This document shows positions 1 through 14,700 of a DNA stretch of 64,000 bases, piece by piece; the first letter of the stretch is position 1, and each line of letters starts with the position of its first letter. The stretch is from assembly GCA_951406725.2 (NCBI GenBank), contig OX597820.1, positions 28,148,001 through 28,212,000 on the forward strand, given 5' to 3'. The notes below the pieces were generated by a model, which saw only the letters and a program-made list of their open reading frames with translations, had not been told where the DNA came from and did not search any database. Source of the stretch: Octopus vulgaris. Taxonomy: Eukaryota. The position numbers and the translations under genes are program-made.

Positions 1-351
1 TAAGGAATTGAAATTTTTACCATTAAGGCTATTGTGCAGAGACCTGAATAAGTGGAAATCCGAAAGAGCAATATCTGATGAATATGGAGGGTAGGGTAAC
101 ACATCCCAGCTGAGCTGCAGCAATTTTTTTCTGGTTCCCAAAGCATCAAGTGCCGAAAATGAACTTTCTTATCTTCCAATTTAAAGGGTTACAGAATTAA
201 CACAGGTTATAGGAACATAGACCTTCTTCCACGAAAAGATATCTTAAATGCAGGTGTAGTCAGATCCTATTTTATGAACTCTACCATGTTCTAAAAAATG
301 TCGAAAGGTAAACTACTATAAATCGGCACGAATTTTCTGGACAACCCAATA
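1..351 (-). mobile_element. Internally deleted mariner (Tc1/mariner) element, truncated by the window start
   Basis: Minus strand translates to WDVLPYPPYSSDIALSDFHLFRSLHNSL, the mariner YSPDLAPSD motif. TIR aaatcggcacgaattttctggacaacccaa+TA ends at 351. Same family as 59264-59831. Confidence 0.85.
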
Positions 352-469
352 GTTTGCGAGGTCATGAAAACCCACATCTTATAAACCAAATGGATTAACG
401 CCGAAACATAAGAGTAACCCAATATTTTTTAAGGTTTTTACAATACTGTCTACAACTACAAATTAGAAG

Positions 470-543
<74 letters not shown>

Positions 544-639
544 GTGTAATTTCGAAATTATTCTAGCTATTTAAATGGCATAATATACTAAGAAATAAAT
601 AAATTTCTGTTTTCAAAATTATGACTTATAGTTTCCATT

Positions 640-1010
640 GATACGCTTCGAACCACGCATAGTTGACTGTGTATTTTAAGATTAACAGCTTAATATTTAC
701 TCGAATACGGTAGACATTTCCTACAAAGCACAGGCAGGATAATTTAAAACTCTTTAAGGAATGCACAATATATTACACAGAAATATCAGTTAAAAGAATG
801 TTCGCCGGGCATTCTGAAACAAAACTTATTATCAATGTCACAAGACTACCTTTGTCAATAAGAAAAACTAGACGCAAGAAGCTAACAAATATTACAGTAG
901 GAACAGTCAGTGAAAATCATACAAGATGCGAGAAACACCAGTATTCAGAAGTGAGCCTACATTAGCAAAGTGAATCAGCCAAGCAGTAGTTATAAAGTAG
1001 TGTCCATACA
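640..1010 (+). mobile_element. Possible degraded Penelope-like GIY-YIG region fragment
   Basis: Broken-frame snippets (NTVDISY, HKTTF) resemble the region around the GIY-YIG domain of the element at 27150-28340. Weak. Confidence 0.3.
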
Positions 1011-1299
1011 GCTAGGAAAACAAAGATACACAATTACCCAATTTGATATCATTGACTACTAGCGATTCTTCACTAACCAGCTATTATTAAAGACACTAGA
1101 TATCGCAACCCTCCAAACAACTTTCAGATAAATTGATAAACAAATTCTACTACATGCAAGGAAATCGATGCAATTCTCAATTCTTAAATAATAGCGCACG
1201 GATGAGAAGAAAAAAAAAAGAGAGAAAAGAAATGTAGAACAAGTCTCTTTGCCGTAAGCATGGCAGTAATCTCTTAAAACGAAAGAGATTCTAAAAGAA

Positions 1300-1440
1300 T
1301 ACACAAACACGTACGCACACATGCACACACATGCACGCACATGCGCACAGGCACATACGTATATGTACATATATATATATGTGTGTGTCTATGTATGCGT
1401 GTATATCCGCACATATATATGCAATATACGTACATACATA

Positions 1441-1533
<93 letters not shown>

Positions 1534-1586
1534 TTATACTTACACATATATTGTATATATAGTATCTATGTATGTGTGTATATTTG

Positions 1587-1637
<51 letters not shown>

Positions 1638-1680
1638 TTACGTATGTATGTATGCATGTATGTATGTATGTAAGAATGTA
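1300..1680. repeat. Compound (CA)/(TA)n/(TATG)n microsatellite
   Basis: Directly visible dinucleotide and tetranucleotide tracts. Confidence 0.95.
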
Positions 1681-2039
1681 TATGCTTTGCAGGCATCTAC
1701 CTGTTTCAAAGAGGCAATTAAATACCAGAGATTTTAAAGACAGAACAAGTAGAAACGCAAGCATCTCTGAGTTTCAAAGAGACGATTAAATATCAGAGAC
1801 ACACAAACTTCGAATAGAGGAAGCGCAAAACAAGGCCAAACATTCCATAAATATCAACAGAGCCATGCAATACATTTCTCAATTTTCTAAGCACTTACTT
1901 TCTTCGGTTAGGAATATGGGGAAACTTTTAACACCATCTCACTGAAAAAAGTTATTCTGTGTTTAAAACCTTTGAAAGAATTCTATCATCGATAAGTAAT
2001 AATGCAACAACGAACTGTGCAACTCAATAGAAAATACCC

Positions 2040-2272
2040 ATTTCCTAACTACCCACAAGAGGCTAAACACAGAGGGGACAAATAAGGACAGACAAACAGA
2101 TTAATTCGATTACATCGACCCCAGTGTGTAACTGGTACTTAATTTCTCGACCCCGAAAGGATGAAAAGCAAAGTTGACCTCGGCGGAATTTGAACTCAGA
2201 ACGTAGCGGCAGACGAAATACCGCTAAGTATTTCGCCTGGCGTGCTAACGATTCTGCCAGCTCGCCGCCTTA
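2040..2272 (-). mobile_element. tRNA-derived SINE, family A (core gcctttcatcctttcggggtcgataaa)
   Basis: Reverse complement starts ggcggcgagctggcagaatcgttagcacgcc, has B-box-like gagttcaaattcc and the shared core. About 10 related copies occur in the window. Confidence 0.9.
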
Positions 2273-3719
2273 ACTCATTAGAACATACCAAACAGCAGAA
2301 CAGAGGAATCGAATTGGCCACTAACAAAGCAAATACCCAGTCAAAGTAGATGCAGATATCTTCCTCACTCGAAAAATGTGCATCTGCAAACATATTACAT
2401 ATAAACAGAATGAAGACGGCATTGATTATATTGAAATATCCGCTGATTACTTTAAGTACATACCCTCATACATCTAGATTATTACAAAAAAACATCATTC
2501 AGCACAAAATAGTTGATAAATGCTGACTCTTATACATAGTAATGCCTCATACTTCCAGTTCAATTTTCTCCCGAAAAATTATCTGTGTGCTTTGATTTTC
2601 CTTTTATTTGTAGTCAAATTATGCAGGCCAATATTATTCCCTCAACATTTACTATTGAAATTCTTTGTCAACTCATGAAAAATGATTGGGAAGATTATAA
2701 ATCGATAATGGATTGTTTTACAAACCAAACATGTCATTAAGTGTCACCTTTGATGCTAACGAAGGTCATATGTCTCTTAGGTATATCTGGAGAAATATGT
2801 ATACGATTTCATGGGATATCTATCAATTCTTTATTTCTTTGTTCTGGGAGTCGTTAAGAATTTATTCAGTGATTTGAGGATTATGCATACATATATGCAT
2901 TGTGTATGTGTGTGCCTATTTGTCTGTCTGTCTATCAGTGTATACATATATATTTAGGCATACAGTCGGACACACATCCACATATGTAACGCACGTGTGC
3001 GCATACATACTTACGCAACATACATGGACACACATATACAGACATACATACACTTAAATTTGTGTATGTTTCAAGTTGTGGACGATAATGCTATATCTGT
3101 TTAAGAGGCATTTTTGCAAAAGCTTTCATCCTTTCGAAGAGTTCATTGGTTTTATATTTATTTCTGGAACTTAATTTTCTCATCGTCAATTGTACACTAT
3201 TCTTCCGATATTGGAAACAGCAAAACTTTTCTTTTTCAGCTTCTATAAGAATACAAACACACGCACATACAAACACTCACATTTCACACACACGCACGCA
3301 CACACACACACACACACACACATGTATATATGAGGATGCGTATCCGCTGGCTGTTCAATAGATATTGGGAAAAAGTTACTAGTTAGAAAGATAATTCAAT
3401 TAAAATAAGTATAGAATTTTGAAAAACAAAAACATGTTTGCTACAAATCTATAAGAAAGACTAAGCGTTATATTTTCTACATTCCTTTCTCCTAGCTTTT
3501 TGCCTAGCTTTTTTTTAATGAACTCGGTGACCTTGTTGCCTGCAAGTCATTAATCGCTAATGAAACAACATCAACAAAGAAACAGAATATCGCAAACACC
3601 TGTACGAAAGCTAGCAAGCTAAAACCTTGAAGTTATTATCATCATTCTCGTCGTAACTATGGAGTAAAAACAATGAGTAAAATTGTTTTTAATAAAACCT
3701 TCCAAAGTTATCCTGTTCT

Positions 3720-4420
3720 CTTGGTCTTGATAGTATTTCGTGACTGCCTCAGGAAGTTAAAATAGTAATCTCCATTGATGGCGTGACCAGTCTCAAGATT
3801 GTCGTCAATAAAAACAATCCATTTTGCATCCAAAATCTCAAGCCATCACCATCCCTGTTGATGAAACGATCGTGGCCTTCTTTGGAGCCAGTGAATACGG
3901 ATGTTTTCCCTGCAAGTATTGCCTCTGTCTCTGGCTCAAGGTGATGAACCAACACTTATGCTGGCGTAGAAAAGGTTATAGGAACCCTGCTGAATTTGCT
4001 TCAAACACTGTCAGTTACTGCCCTCATGTAGCCAGTCTTGTGCGCTTTTGATCTTGTGTCAAACAACGCGGCATCCAACGAGCAGAAACTTTCGAAATGC
4101 CAACTTCATTGCGCAGAGTATTGTCAATACTCTCCCGGGATGATACGTTACTAGCACTAGCTCTTCAATTTATCGTTAATCTCCTGTCATCCATCAATAT
4201 GTGTTGAATATTTTCCTTGGTGTTGGCAGTTGCAGTATGTCCAGACAGTGGATCGGCTTCCTAAATCCGGCTGTCTACTTTTGCACCGTTAATAAACCCC
4301 CTACATTTCCAAGCATGAATGTCTTTGTGGACTAAATCTTTTTCTGCAGGTACTCGATAACACCACGGTGCCTATTTTCTTTTCTCATTTTCAAGAGATA
4401 TTGCAATTACATTTGAAATC
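3720..4420 (-). mobile_element. Degraded mariner transposase fragment
   Basis: ORF 3749-3955 gives VHHLEPET (mariner WVHHFEPETK region). Downstream frameshifted pieces resemble the mariner KVM...WD..G.....G.TING.YY region. Confidence 0.7.
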
Positions 4421-4469
4421 TTCTTTGATGTGTTAGATTTCAGTTGATATATATATATATACGGGTGGG

Positions 4470-4910
4470 TGTGATTGTGTATAGAAGAATATATTAATAA
4501 AAGGAATTCCAACCATGTCTGATTTTCACGTTTTATTTACAATCTTATAATGATATAAGATATAATATAATATATATTTTGGAAGAAATAACTACCTTGA
4601 CCAATACATTGATAACCTGTCTAAATTTCCCCTTGGACGCAATACCAATGTTAGGCCAAACATTAACAAATCGGAGATGTCTGCATGTAAACGTATACAA
4701 AACGATCAAACAATAATAATTAAACAAGCAGATAAAGGTGGTGCAATTGTTATTATGGATACCGAATACTATAAGGATTTGGTTGAGGACCAACTGAAGG
4801 ACAAAACCTTCTATTGTGAAATACCAGCAAATATAGACCACCACATCATGAAAAAGATCAACAACCTGATCTCAACACACTACAACTCACTTACGGATAA
4901 TAAAAGAGAC
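4470..4910 (+). mobile_element. Penelope-like element RT fragment
   Basis: ORF 4677-4994 begins with IIIKQADKGGAIVIMD, the DKG motif typical of Penelope-like RTs. The left end (gattgtgtatagaagaatata...ttcacgttttatt) recurs at 33857-33925. Confidence 0.8.
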
Positions 4911-4914
4911 TTAT

Positions 4915-5295
4915 TGGTATTTCGTCTGCCGTTATGTTCTGAGTTCAAATTCCACCGAGTTCGAGTTTGCCTTTCATCCTTTCGGAGTCGATAAATTAAT
5001 ACCAGTTACGCACTGGTGTCGATGTAATCGACTTAATTCCTTTGTCTGTCCTTGTTTGTCACTTCTATCTTTAGCCCCTCGTGGCCAATAAAGAAATAAG
5101 ATACGTTAGCACCCCGGGTGAAATACTTAGCGGCATCTCGTCTGCTTTTATGTTCTGAGTTCAAATTCTGCCTAGGTAGACTTTGCCATTCATCCTTTGG
5201 AGGCCGATAAATTAAATATCAGTTGCGTACTTAATCGACTTAATGTAGTCAACTGGTCCCCTCTCACAAAGATTTTCGGGCCTTGTAAACAAGAA
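4915..5295 (+). mobile_element. Two adjacent family A SINE copies
   Basis: Two successive ttctgagttcaaatt...tttgcc..tcatccttt...cgataaattaa cores at ~4937 and ~5153. Confidence 0.85.
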
Positions 5296-5313
5296 TATTT
5301 ATAAACGCACACA

Positions 5314-5414
<101 letters not shown>

Positions 5415-6688
5415 TATATATATATAGGGGGGTTGCTCGTGCTTGTATCGGTGTGTGTATTGATGAGTGACGGTGCATTCGTTTATGTATAGATAGATCA
5501 ATACCGAAGTGTCAATTAACATACATCGAAATTTATTAATTTATTAAAATTATCTCCACTTCTAGAGAGTGTACCATACTTTCCAAATGACTTGCTTTAC
5601 TTGGGAAGGGAGAGATAATCACAAGATTGATGATATGCTATTAAAAACAAGTTTATTGTCTAAAATTAAGAGGACAGTCGTGGACATGTGTTTCGGGCTA
5701 AATACCCATCAAGTGAACGGCGTACATGTATGCACGTATCTTAAATGTGTGTATGCATATACATCAATGGAAACGTGTGTGAGAGTGTGTAACTGTGTAT
5801 GTGTGCGTGTGTGGAGGATGTTTGGGAGTGTCTGTAGATCGACAGTACGTTGACACATCAGTACTGTCTTTATCGTGGGTTACAGTGTAAACTCCGTTTT
5901 CGTATACAAATAAGCGTACATGCGGTAATATAACGTGCACGCTAGGTTTTTGTCTTCTGCAACAAATGCCTTTTGGTGGGCTTGTATGCAGTATAAGTAG
6001 AATCAAAAGGTATCCTTTGAGCGAACACTCACAGAAAGCAGGTTATTTCTAATCACGTTTTTAAAAAGAAAGAAGCAATTAGGTAAAACTGTATGAATAA
6101 AGGAGAGAATTCTCTATACCTTTTAGTATACGCATGCTTGTTTCGTAGCCAATCTGGCGCTACATCCCGGCAAACAATACGATTACCTCTCGTAATATAT
6201 TGGTTTAGGTAAGTAATTACAAAATTACTAATATTTGGAGGTAAAAAAGATGTTAACCAATGTTATCTACACTATACAGAAAACGATACAGAAATGAAAA
6301 GAAAAGCATTATAATCTTAATTTATGGTGTAGTAGTTATTCTCTGTGTAATCACTAACCAAGCGAAGGACCTACTGACCTTGCTAACAAATCAAAATGAA
6401 ATATTTTTATGTTCGACTTAATGGAAAATAATACTAAAAAAATGAATAATCAATCTACCTCTTAATTTCACTACAGAATTTGTAATGTTATTCGTGTGTA
6501 TATTAATTCACGAAGCAAACTAACTATAACCATATCATTTCTGCATATATAAATGCATGTATGCATATATATATATATATAAATATATGTATATGTATAT
6601 ATATGTATGTATGTATACGTGTGTATGTGTGTATGTGTGTGTATGTATATATACACACACGCACACACACACATACACACACACACAT

Positions 6689-6719
<31 letters not shown>

Positions 6720-7244
6720 CATATACATATATTTATATGGGTGCATATTTGCAAACATACACATTTGTATATATGTACATATATATAATTATACAGGCGC
6801 ACACATTAGTATGTAGGTAACCATTCAAAATTGACATCAAACTAAAATATTAAAAGCAAATAAAACTATATCCTTTTCATATATAATTACATTCAAAGAA
6901 GTAATTAAATATAAAATAACAGCAACATAAACTAATATATACAATATAAATATAAAATTCAAATTTGTTAATCACATCCTGCAGTTCAGAGATATCGATC
7001 ATATGTTTTGAATCTTCCATCCCAACCCACAAATATCCTCTAAAAATTTGAAAGAACACTTTGGTGGATGAAAAAGCAATTTCAAAATAAACCAATAAAA
7101 TTCAAACATTTTCAAAAAAATTATTCTTTGAAAACCTCATAACATATCACTTTCTTTTAATCCATCTTTTGAATAAATGTTTTATCAATCGATTTTTGCT
7201 AGCGTCCTCAATATTCAATATTCAATAAAATCGTACGATGATAC

Positions 7245-7260
7245 AATAATAATAATAATG

Positions 7261-7319
<59 letters not shown>

Positions 7320-7331
7320 CATGATAATGTA

Positions 7332-7364
<33 letters not shown>

Positions 7365-7365
7365 C

Positions 7366-7447
<82 letters not shown>
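7245..7447. repeat. (AAT)n-(GAT)n compound microsatellite
   Basis: Directly visible. Confidence 0.95.
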
Positions 7448-8005
7448 ATTTTTATGCCATTTTCTGTGTTTATTGAAATACCAGCGTCACAAATAAGACA
7501 AATTCAGCGGAAATTAATGATCGCAAAATTACAAACTTTCAGATTCAGATAAGGATTTATTTTATGATATTTATGAAGGAAATTTTATAAATATTTACCT
7601 ACGTATATTACAACACAGGTGATAAAAATGTACACACTCAGTGACATACGAACACACGAACACGATTGATTTTCTTTCTATTATATTTATGTATGTGTGT
7701 ATTTATGTGTGTCTATGTGTGTGTAAATGTTCAATATAAGGTTATTTCAAGGCTAATTAAAGAATAACAACATAACATTTACTGAAAGAAAGACCCAATA
7801 ATGGGTGTGCAGTGAACTGTTTTATATAAAATCCATTCTGCCTGTAATGTTAAGTTCCACTCTATAGATTATCCAAGCGGACCGCTTGGATCATCACCAT
7901 GTAAGTTTTAATACTCAAGTCAGAACATATTTTATGGTATATATCTAGATGATTATATACTCATGTAAGTATATATATATAGACATACTCACACATATAC
8001 ACAAA

Positions 8006-8063
<58 letters not shown>

Positions 8064-8531
8064 CACACGCACGCACACACACACACACACACACACACAA
8101 ACATGCTAATGCACACACATATACACCTTGCTAGATAGATAGATAGATAAATAGATAGATGGATACATACATATATACGTATACTTTCATAATACATATG
8201 CATTAATTCGTATTTCCATACGTGTTTGTGTTTCCCTTTGCTAGTCTGCCTTTGTGTGCATATGAGTATAAGTCTATCACCAAAAAGTACGCTCACCCAA
8301 TGAAAAATGCGTCATAATCTCAGACTTATGTTTGACAAAGATTTGATTTATGAACGAATACGCAACAGTGTAATTGCAACTAATAGTATACCATAAATAT
8401 GTTGTTTTGAGGCTACCAATTTTAATATAGTTCTTGAATACAATTACAAACTCTTTTTCGTTAAGGTGAACGTTTCATTACGTTTAAATTATTGTATCGT
8501 TAGTAAGAACATTTTAAATATCTAAATATTT

Positions 8532-8685
8532 AGGCGCAGGCGTGGCTGTGTGGTAAGAAGCTTGCTTACCAACCACATCGTTCCAGGTTCAGTCCCACTA
8601 CGTGGCATCTTGAGTAGTTATCTTCCTTGCGCTGACCCAAACCTTGTGAGGGGATTTGGTAGACGGAAACTGAAAGAAGCCCGTC

Positions 8686-8765
<80 letters not shown>

Positions 8766-8886
8766 TTGTGGATCTGTGTTTATCTCCCTACCATCATTTG
8801 ACAACCGATGTTGTATTTTCGATCCCGTAACTTGGCGGTTCGGCAAAATGGCCCAATAGAATAAGTACCAGGCTTACAAAGAATAA
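8532..8886 (+). mobile_element. tRNA-derived SINE, family B (ggcgcagg..tggctgtgtggtaag head, internal (TA)n)
   Basis: A-box tggctgtgtggt and B-box ggttcagtccc, then gacggaaactgaaagaagcccgtcg(TA)n. Homologous to the copies at 31725, 41015, 49075, 51245 and 56720. Confidence 0.9.
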
Positions 8887-9164
8887 TAGAATCTTTGTTT
8901 GCTACAAGACAGAAAGTTTGTGACGGCACTATTCATCACTAAGTGACTGTATTGTACGCCACATCATTGTACTTAACTGACTCTATTGGAACGCATTATA
9001 TCACAACATTCGAACGAGTCTCTGTTCTGAATGTAACTAAACATTCATGGATTATTCATCGTTTACCGACATAAGTCTCTATGATCAAACCATGAAAATT
9101 ACTTTTGTGATTTGTTACGGTTTCTGCTTAAATGCATAAGAATTGTAGAAATAATATTGCAGAC

Positions 9165-9290
9165 GATGTCGACTTTGCCTTTCATCCTTTCGGGGTCGAT
9201 AAATTAATTACTAGTTGCGTGCTGGCGCCGATGTAATCGTCTGGCCCCTTCCGCCCAAAGAAGTCAGGCCTTGTGCCTAGAGTAGAAACA
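9165..9290 (+). mobile_element. Family A SINE 3' part
   Basis: gtcgactttgcctttcatcctttcggggtcgataaatt core. Confidence 0.85.
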
Positions 9291-9480
9291 GATATTTTGT
9301 TAAAATGGCTGCAATGAAACACATATTAAAAATAATTTCAAAAATGAATCCTTCTGGAGGTAAAATTTTATAATTTAGTTTTTGAAATTGCTTCTTCCTT
9401 TTCAGTATAAAGCCTCGTTGACACTAGCATGAGGTATACATTAAGGTAGAATTAGAGTGGCAACCAACCAACAAGGAGAA

Positions 9481-9570
9481 AGTATCGTTTGACCGAAAAG
9501 AATTGCTAGTATAATACATCAGTAAGTATCATTTGACCGAAAAAAATTGCTGGTATAAATACATCAGTAA
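9481..9570. repeat. Two-copy ~45-bp tandem duplication
   Basis: agtatc(g/a)tttgaccgaaaa(g/a)aattgct(a/g)gtataa(a)tacatcagtaa occurs twice. Confidence 0.9.
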
Positions 9571-11799
9571 TTTTTTTTCCAATGCTTAATGAAACAATAG
9601 TGTTGAACAAGGAATCTATAACTGGTAAAATTTATATATAAATTGAAACTAATTTAAAAGTTCAACGTAATATTTGACATTCATCTTGAATTCAATGTTT
9701 GTAATTACAATTGGTAATTAACAAAATCAAGCAACGTATCAGAGAGTCAACTTTGGGTAATCGATAATACTACACAGCTCTATGTTTAAAATGTCAACAA
9801 CCTGTAACTGTAACTCACATAGAGTAGTAACCTCTCTTATAAGGTTTTCATGTTTCTCAAAACAGGTAACTTGAGGGTTACAATGAATCTTTAGGTATAT
9901 ATTCCTTTATTTACATGAAATATTAAACATTAGCATCAGAAGTAATCGTTACAAAAAGTTATTATGCAAGTATCAATAAAAAAAATAACAAATTGTGAAT
10001 GCGTTACTTATCCAAGTAAAAGAAATGTAACTGTGTATAGGAAGTGATAGCTCCTTTATAACTAAACCATTTTAATTTGTTTTCATTTATGGAAACTTAC
10101 ACTGAAACTTCTACAATGTGAAAACAGCAATTTCGCATAAACTTACATAACAGCTTTACGTAATTAGGAATTTGCAATTTTGCAAAACTTTCAGTAAGTT
10201 GTTGGTCATAGCCCTTAATGAAAAATAAGTAGATAAATTCAGGTAAATTTTTAATGAAAGTGTTTACTATTATGAAAGTATGTCAAGATAGAATGTTTCA
10301 TGTACTTTCAATATTTCAAAGTTTTAACTGTCATAGAAAAAAATAAGTTTCGACTGCAAATTTGTAAACATTTTTCGCATCTAACTTTATCAGTATATGA
10401 TGGATTGGCTGTAATTGATTCTTTAATAAAACAATATTGCAATTATTATTAACATAGATAGATAGCTAAGAATCATATGGAAAATATAAAGCGTTTGAGT
10501 AATGTGTACTTTATGTTAATAGTATTTATTATTTTCAAAATAAGATTAGTTTTATTATTTTGTATAAAGATAATGAAGTTTGAATAATTGCAATTTTATA
10601 ATTATTGCACCTGTGTAATATTACTTAATATTACGCCGAAAAAGCAATTATATAACTGCATTAAAATATCGACATATGATGGTTTGCTCTATTAATAATT
10701 CTAATTCTTAGTGCAAGGTAAAATATTATATGTTCTCAAAATAAAGTTTAATATTATATAGTTGATAGTTAAATATTACGGTTGTTAATTATAACATGTA
10801 TATCGCAAATGCACGGGTGATAAATTAGTTTTCTATAATTTATAATTGTATTGTGTTTAATTAATTATTTTATAATTTAGTATTCATTTCAATATAGTTT
10901 ATAATAAGCATTATAAAATATCAATATAGCTTCATTGCAAGTATAAAATGAGAAATATTTTTCTTTAATTTTAAGTTAACTATATTAAAATTGCATCATA
11001 TTCATTATTTGCATGAAGATATCAAAATTTGAGGAAAATAAAATACTGTACCAAGAAAAGAATTTTAATATTTTTCAAAGAAAAATTGATTTCCCAGTCA
11101 ACGTATTTTATTAACGATACACGTCGTTGATAGTTGGACATGCAAAAACTTACATTTATTGTAAGTTGATAGTTGAATAGTGTTATTGTTATTGACAACA
11201 TAAATATGGAGAATTTATTTGTATTTTGTGATGTTAACTTAATAACTATTTGTATTTTGAAAAACAAAAACAAAATAAAACATATTCATTTCAAAATTTA
11301 TATAAGCGTAAAAAAAGCGATTCAAGTTAAAATTAAAGTTAAAACAACGTTTTGTAGTTAGGGCATTACAAATATCAAATTATATTTGTATTGTCCTTCG
11401 TGATCTAAGTCCTTTTCACCTACCTACAACAGAAGCCGATATAGGTGTATATATTTAATATTTCTACTCCGAAGTTTTATAATCCATTAAAGATATATAC
11501 GTTTTATTGGGTATGTTCGGATCGCATACGAAATGCATCTTTACAATATTTCACTCGAATAACTTATACAGTGAAAAAAAAGCGGGGTAGAAAACAATTT
11601 CTTAACTGCTCAACGGTTAATATATATTAGGTCTTCAACACAATGTAATTTTCCCGGCCTGTATGGGACATAGTTTTAAACTTACTCCAACCACCGTGCC
11701 TGTATATCACGGATAAATTTCAATCAAATTACTGAAACGGTGTCCCAATTTTCTAAAGCCATTTATGAATATACGATGTATTAATTACTATATTTAACA

Positions 11800-14700
11800 T
11801 TAAGATTGTAAATGGAAACCTTACCGCATTTTGTGTTGCCGAGATCATGTTTTAGCATTTTCTTGTCTTAAAAGTTATTTGTTTTTTTTCTCCCTTACTG
11901 TCGTTATTCTTAATCAAAAGTTTAACAAGCTTGTTAGTCGAATAAGAATTTTCTATTACTCTCATTTTCATTAATATTTTTATGCTCCAATAGATCTTCT
12001 TTCAAAATGCACATTGTGTACATTTTATTCACAGTCCGAACAATCTTATTTAACTTTAATCAACCGTCAATGTTTGTTTTCTCTCATATATTTTTGTAAA
12101 TTGTAATGACTTTTCTTCATTCAATCATAGTTTTACCCAAGCAACTTCTAAATCTATCGAGAATTTGTCATTGCTTTAAAATAATCGTTAAAATTAGTGT
12201 GTTACACCTTTTCAGTAAACGAGGAATATTTCTCTATTTGTGTTTGATTTACTGAACACTTTTTGTATCACTTCCGCACTCTTCAGTTTCTTACGAGCTC
12301 TTTGCTTTAGAATGATCTTGTATGACTATGATGGAAGAGATGTCCGCGCAATACAAATCATATTTCAACTATATATAACAATTTTTAAATCTAAAGCTGT
12401 TAACATCATTTAACTCTGCTTTACATATTGTGAAATATATTTTTTAATGTTTCTCTACCATTCTTCTTCCAAACATTCTTTTTCTCTATCATTCGAATCT
12501 CTCCATCTCTCACTTCAACGTTGAACGTTGGACATACTAATTATCAGTTAACAGAATAATATTCTCTGTTGACTCTCAACGTTTTTCATCCTCTTTTACA
12601 TATTCTAATTTAGTCATTGACATAGCCATGTAATATGTCACTCTAAATTACATTACAGTGTGCGCATATTTCATAATCTTGACACTGCCGACTTCATTTT
12701 ACCTTGTCATGAATTACTGTTCTCACCGGTTTGTCAGCCAAGAAGGAGATTTATAGCAGAAGTCTCTTAAAGTGTCCAGCCACCATCTCGAGATGTGGTT
12801 TACTGTATTGCACTGCAGTTATCATTAACCCGCTCTAGGAACTATTCTGTATTCTGAGACTTCCATAGGAATTATTTTGAATAGCACCAATTACAGTACG
12901 GGTAGTATCTCTGTTTCTATTTCACATAATTTTATGTCATAATTTTTCCTTTCCAATATTTGTAGTAAGTCAAAATAATCTATGTAATCTATTTTTACCT
13001 GGATCAACACAAGTTAGTAATCTCGACATATTCTTTTGATTTAAACTAAAATCAAAATACTTTCACTAAAGTTCCACTAGTCATGTCCAGCTGAGGCAAT
13101 TTACTGAAACACTTACTGGTTATAACAATAACTCTAATATTTTGAGTAAATTCAAAATATTCTTAAATGTAGGCAGTCACTGTTTCCCGCTGGGAGAATT
13201 TACTAATGGATGTTTGTATTTTTAAAGTATGCTTTCTCTTAAATGATAATCGCTAATTCAAGCTGAGAAACTTTACTGACATAAAGAACACAAACATCGT
13301 TGGTATTTCGAATATTAATAAAGAGAATCATTCGCATTGTCTGCTTTATTATTGTTTAAGTAGTTTATTAATTCAAAATATGAGCAGAGTCTATTGCTTA
13401 GCGATGAAAATATGTTTATTGTTTCTCGCTATTTACGATTTATGGACTCTATTCAGAGAAATATTCTTTATGTTTTCTTTTCCCATTATTTGACCAGTAA
13501 CTTCATTACCGTTCTTTATGGCTAATCTCAGAACATTTAACTATTTAGTAGAAATTTGATTTCTATTTAAGTAAATCAAATTCATTTCCAGTGTGTTCAT
13601 AATTATTAGTTAGGTTGTCTAATAGTAAGTAGCATAATGAATTACCTAGATCATATATTGCATATTATAAATTAGAAATATCAAGGTCTTGATGTAAGGT
13701 GGCGAACTGGCTGAGTCGTTAGCACGCCGGGCGAAAGGCTTAGCGGCATTTCATCTGTCTTTATATTCTGATTTCAAGTTCTACCGAGGTCGAATTTGCT
13801 TTCCGTCCTTTTGGGGTCTAGAAAATAAGTACTGGAGTTGATGTCATAGTCTTACCTCCTCCCCCGAAATTGCTGGCATTGAGCCAAAATTTGAAACGAA
13901 GGCTAATGTCGTGATCACTGTGGGAATACTCAAATATTTCATACAATTTCTTAGCGTTTCAACCCTTGGTAGTTGTTATTCGTTTCATCTAAGGTTGAAC
14001 ATTGCTTTAATAAGAATAATGTGACAGATTGGGTTCAAATCAATATGAGATGCTTATTGAATTTTAAACATGATTTTTTTACACTTCAGATAAATGTGGT
14101 AGAGCAATTAGCATTACCTCTGGAATATTATTGCACGAAAACCTCATGTTCCAGCATTAGAACCAACTTTACTAGATTACAACATGACGACCGTATAGTT
14201 TCATTTCGTGCATTGGCAACCTATTTTCTTAAAACATTGATTGCACTCTGTGATTTACCGTATGTTGTCTAACAGAACCTTTAGTGCATGGAACAAAATT
14301 CAAGACGGTTTTAGAATGAAATTTAAGAAATTTTATGGTGGTTATTTTCTGACTTATTCCCGATCGAATCTGTAATATAGAATCTGTTAAGCTATCATTA
14401 CAATATAAATCATCGAAGTCTGTTTGATATTACACTGTTGTCATTTCAAATATTTTTCGTTATTTACGTATATCATTGTAAATTGTTTCTTGCTCATTTG
14501 TTTAACAGGAAACTTAATACATAATTTTCTTGTAATTCTCTTCAATCTATCGTGGTCTTCATTATTTTCGCCAGTTGTCCTATCGGGACATTCTCGTGTC
14601 ATTTTCATAATTAGGTGGTGTAATTAGACGTGCTGGAATATGATTCAGAGTAATATCCTTGGTTGTTGATTACTGAAAGATCAATATTCTTTATCGATTT

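Noticed and set aside
1059-1789. Many overlapping ORFs rich in YI/HT/CV repeats here and throughout the window
   Set aside because: They are translations of (TA)n, (CA)n, (TATG)n and (GATA)n tracts that lack stop codons; they are not genes.
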